A stretch of 62,337 bases of DNA, counting the filler, from a bacterium (GTDB lineage Bacteria > UBA9089 > CG2-30-40-21 > SBAY01), in the NCBI GenBank assembly GCA_040757115.1. It is 9 parts of 9 records of this genome, joined end to end, with 100 filler letters (N's around TTAATTAATTAA, not from the genome) between each part and the next. Parts side by side here need not be neighbours in the genome. Positions count along the whole stretch, not along the records: positions 55,609 to 62,337 come from JBFLYA010000203.1; 8 more parts are not named here. One strand, 5' to 3'. The notes under the pieces are model-generated. The model saw only the letters and a list, made by a program, of their open reading frames with translations. It did not search any database and was not told the DNA's origin. The position numbers and the translations under genes are program-made. Numbering within the stretch: the stretch's first letter is position 1; the number at the start of each line of letters is the position of its first letter. Of the stretch, positions 60,499 through 62,337 are shown one piece after another.

Positions 60499-61038
60499 TT
60501 ATTTAATCTCATCCCCTAATTTAAACATTACCTTTAATGCCTTTTGAGAGCTTAAGAGAATATCTTTTGAAATCCAGAGAGATGTATTGGGGAATCTCTC
60601 AAGTGCTTCTTTTGCTTGGAGATAATCTAAATGACCCATTTTTGCCGCCCACAAGAGTATGCCTAATGAACCGTGCACCTCTAACCTTAAAGCATTAGCA
60701 AAAATTCTTGCCTCTGTATCGTCAGTTAAAAACCATTTTGGTTTAAGCCGTTTTGCAAGAACAATGGCAAAAGCCTCACCAGGATTTAGTAATCCTGAAA
60801 GGGATAAAAATTCTGCTTCTCTGGTTTCCTCTGGTAATAAGGCTTCAATAAGTATCCATTCTGGCTTTTGGTTTTTCCATTGGGGAATAAGACTATTTAT
60901 TTCAATGTCTACCATCCTTGGAATGTAAATCTTTCCTGCTTTTTGCAAAATATCTAAAAGCCCTATCTCTTGTAAATGAAGAATTGGTCCTGTATCGCAT
61001 ACAATCAGCCTTTTTCTGGTTTCAATTTCAATGCCCAT
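60499..61038 (-). CDS. PIN-like (DUF3368-type) protein
   Basis: IVCDTGPILHL, L.PGEA.AI.LA, LTDD.EAR and GSLGIL motifs. Confidence 0.85.
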   Translation of the reverse strand: MGIEIETRKRLIVCDTGPILHLQEIGLLDILQKAGKIYIPRMVDIEINSLIPQWKNQKPEWILIEALLPEETREAEFLSLSGLLNPGEAFAIVLAKRLKPKWFLTDDTEARIFANALRLEVHGSLGILLWAAKMGHLDYLQAKEALERFPNTSLWISKDILLSSQKALKVMFKLGDEIK

Positions 61039-61208
61039 TCAATATCCTCTTTCATAAACTCTTCTTTTAATTTTATCCTATTGTGGTCAATAAATTCCTG
61101 AATGGCAGCGCGCAATACATCTTGTTCATCAATAAACCATCCGCTTTTTACATAATTTTCAATCTCAATCTCTATCTTTTCTGGAAGGGAAACCTTAACT
61201 GTTTTCAT
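61005..61208 (-). CDS. CopG/RHH antitoxin
   Basis: MKTVKVSLPE....EIE..VKSGWF....VLR.AI; overlaps the PIN-like gene. Confidence 0.8.
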   Translation of the reverse strand: MKTVKVSLPEKIEIEIENYVKSGWFIDEQDVLRAAIQEFIDHNRIKLKEEFMKEDIEWALKLKPEKG

Positions 61209-61920
61209 TATTTTTTCTCCTTTTTATATTTTAACAATTACCGCCAATCTTTTCAATAAGTAACTATTCAGCCACAGATGGACACGGATGAAACACTGAA
61301 AATTCGCAATCCGTGTCCGTTTTTCCGTATCCGTAATTAGGCTGAAGGGTTCTTCTCCTTCTAACTTTTATTTTCTATCCTTCTTGATTCTCTGCCAGTG
61401 GAGGAAATTTCCACCCCCTAACCCCCGCCAGCGGGGGACAACCCGCCTCTGTCCTCTGCCTTCTGCTCTCTGCCCTCTGCCTTCTGCCTTTTGCCTTCTG
61501 TATTTATCCGTGCTAATCCGTGTTAATCAGTGGCTGAATAGTTACAGATTTTTTAATAGGGACTCGATAGTTAGGTGATATAGGGTTTTGAGATATATAT
61601 ACCATAGTGTTAAACAAATGTCAATAATTATTTTTTGAAAAATGTTGACATAAAATTGATTCAACTTATAAACACGAACTTGATGCGTTGCTAACTCTAA
61701 ATTTTCAGACTCCTGAGTCTGTCAATAAACTTTTGCAGGAAATTTAATGTATAAATCTACGAACTGGAGTTTCGTGAATTTTCTATGATTCTTTTCTTCT
61801 CTAATCTTTGCGTTCTTTGCGGTTAAAAAAGGATAAACCACAAAGAGCACAAAGTAGTAACGCAAAGGACACAAAGGGAAGAAAATAGGTGAAGCATTTT
61901 TTATCAACTCAACTTCAAAG

Positions 61921-62090
61921 CTAAACTTTTGCGTTTTTTAGAGAGTTGTCAACACAGAATCAATAGATTTTCCGGTTTTGCCTTGTTGATAACTCCAGAT
62001 TAAAAGCTCTTTGAAAAACAGTTGTCTGACCCAATTGCAAATTTCACCAATGGTTTTACGTTCTTTATTACCTTCAGATTGGAGATTTAC
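61921..62090 (-). mobile_element. IS701-like remnant (transposase C-terminus plus end)
   Basis: KTIGEICNWVRQLFFKELLIWSYQQ..*; terminus CTAAACTTTTGC. Confidence 0.55.
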
Positions 62091-62337
62091 TAGTACCGTG
62101 TTAGCTAAGTTCTTTCACAGTTTAAGGGGTTTGCCATTATACGTCCATGCAAATGGATGAGCCCAAAAATTGTTCCAATGCATGATATATTCGAGTATTT
62201 TTACTTCAAGAGATCGTGTAAGGATTCAAAGATTCCTCGACGGAGCAATTTCCTTGAGAGGATACTTAGCCAAATTTCAATCTGGTTGAGCCATGAGCCA
62301 TGTTTTGGGAGAAAGTGAAAGACAACACGTTTTGATT
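62091..62337 (-). mobile_element. IS630-family remnant inserted into the IS701-like element
   Basis: [26 protein letters not shown] and HPFAWTYNG (one frameshift); end TAGTACCGTG at a TA. Confidence 0.8.

Overview
The window is nine unrelated contigs of about 6.7-7.0 kb, ordered by decreasing length and joined by artificial N-TTAATTAATTAA-N linkers. It comes from an AT-rich, probably anaerobic diderm bacterium (lpxA/fabZ present), likely a MAG. Gene adjacency is meaningful only within a contig. Contents: glycosylation genes, an Mvh-type (group 3c-like) [NiFe]-hydrogenase operon, a metacaspase pair, housekeeping genes (xseA, recJ, dgt, lysS, der, cobD, lpxA, fabZ, hslU, ribBA, larB, lexA), several toxin-antitoxin modules, isolated integron attC sites, IS remnants (ISKra4, IS1634, IS21, IS630, IS701, IS4/5-like) and a dense population of nested MITEs. 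Top finding: the [NiFe]-hydrogenase operon ends with a complete HydG-type radical SAM gene and a HypC-HydE fusion, which are [FeFe]-type CO/CN-synthon enzymes joined to the [NiFe] Fe(CN)2CO carrier. This suggests a hybrid maturation route. Other highlights: two diverged copies of a promoter-driven structured RNA with covarying stems; MITEs carrying internally deleted GxxExxY and four-helix-bundle genes; a metacaspase plus metacaspase-hydrolase locus; a circularly permuted FapA; and a decayed surface protein with an LRAT-like domain. All calls come from motif recognition by eye; no searches were run.
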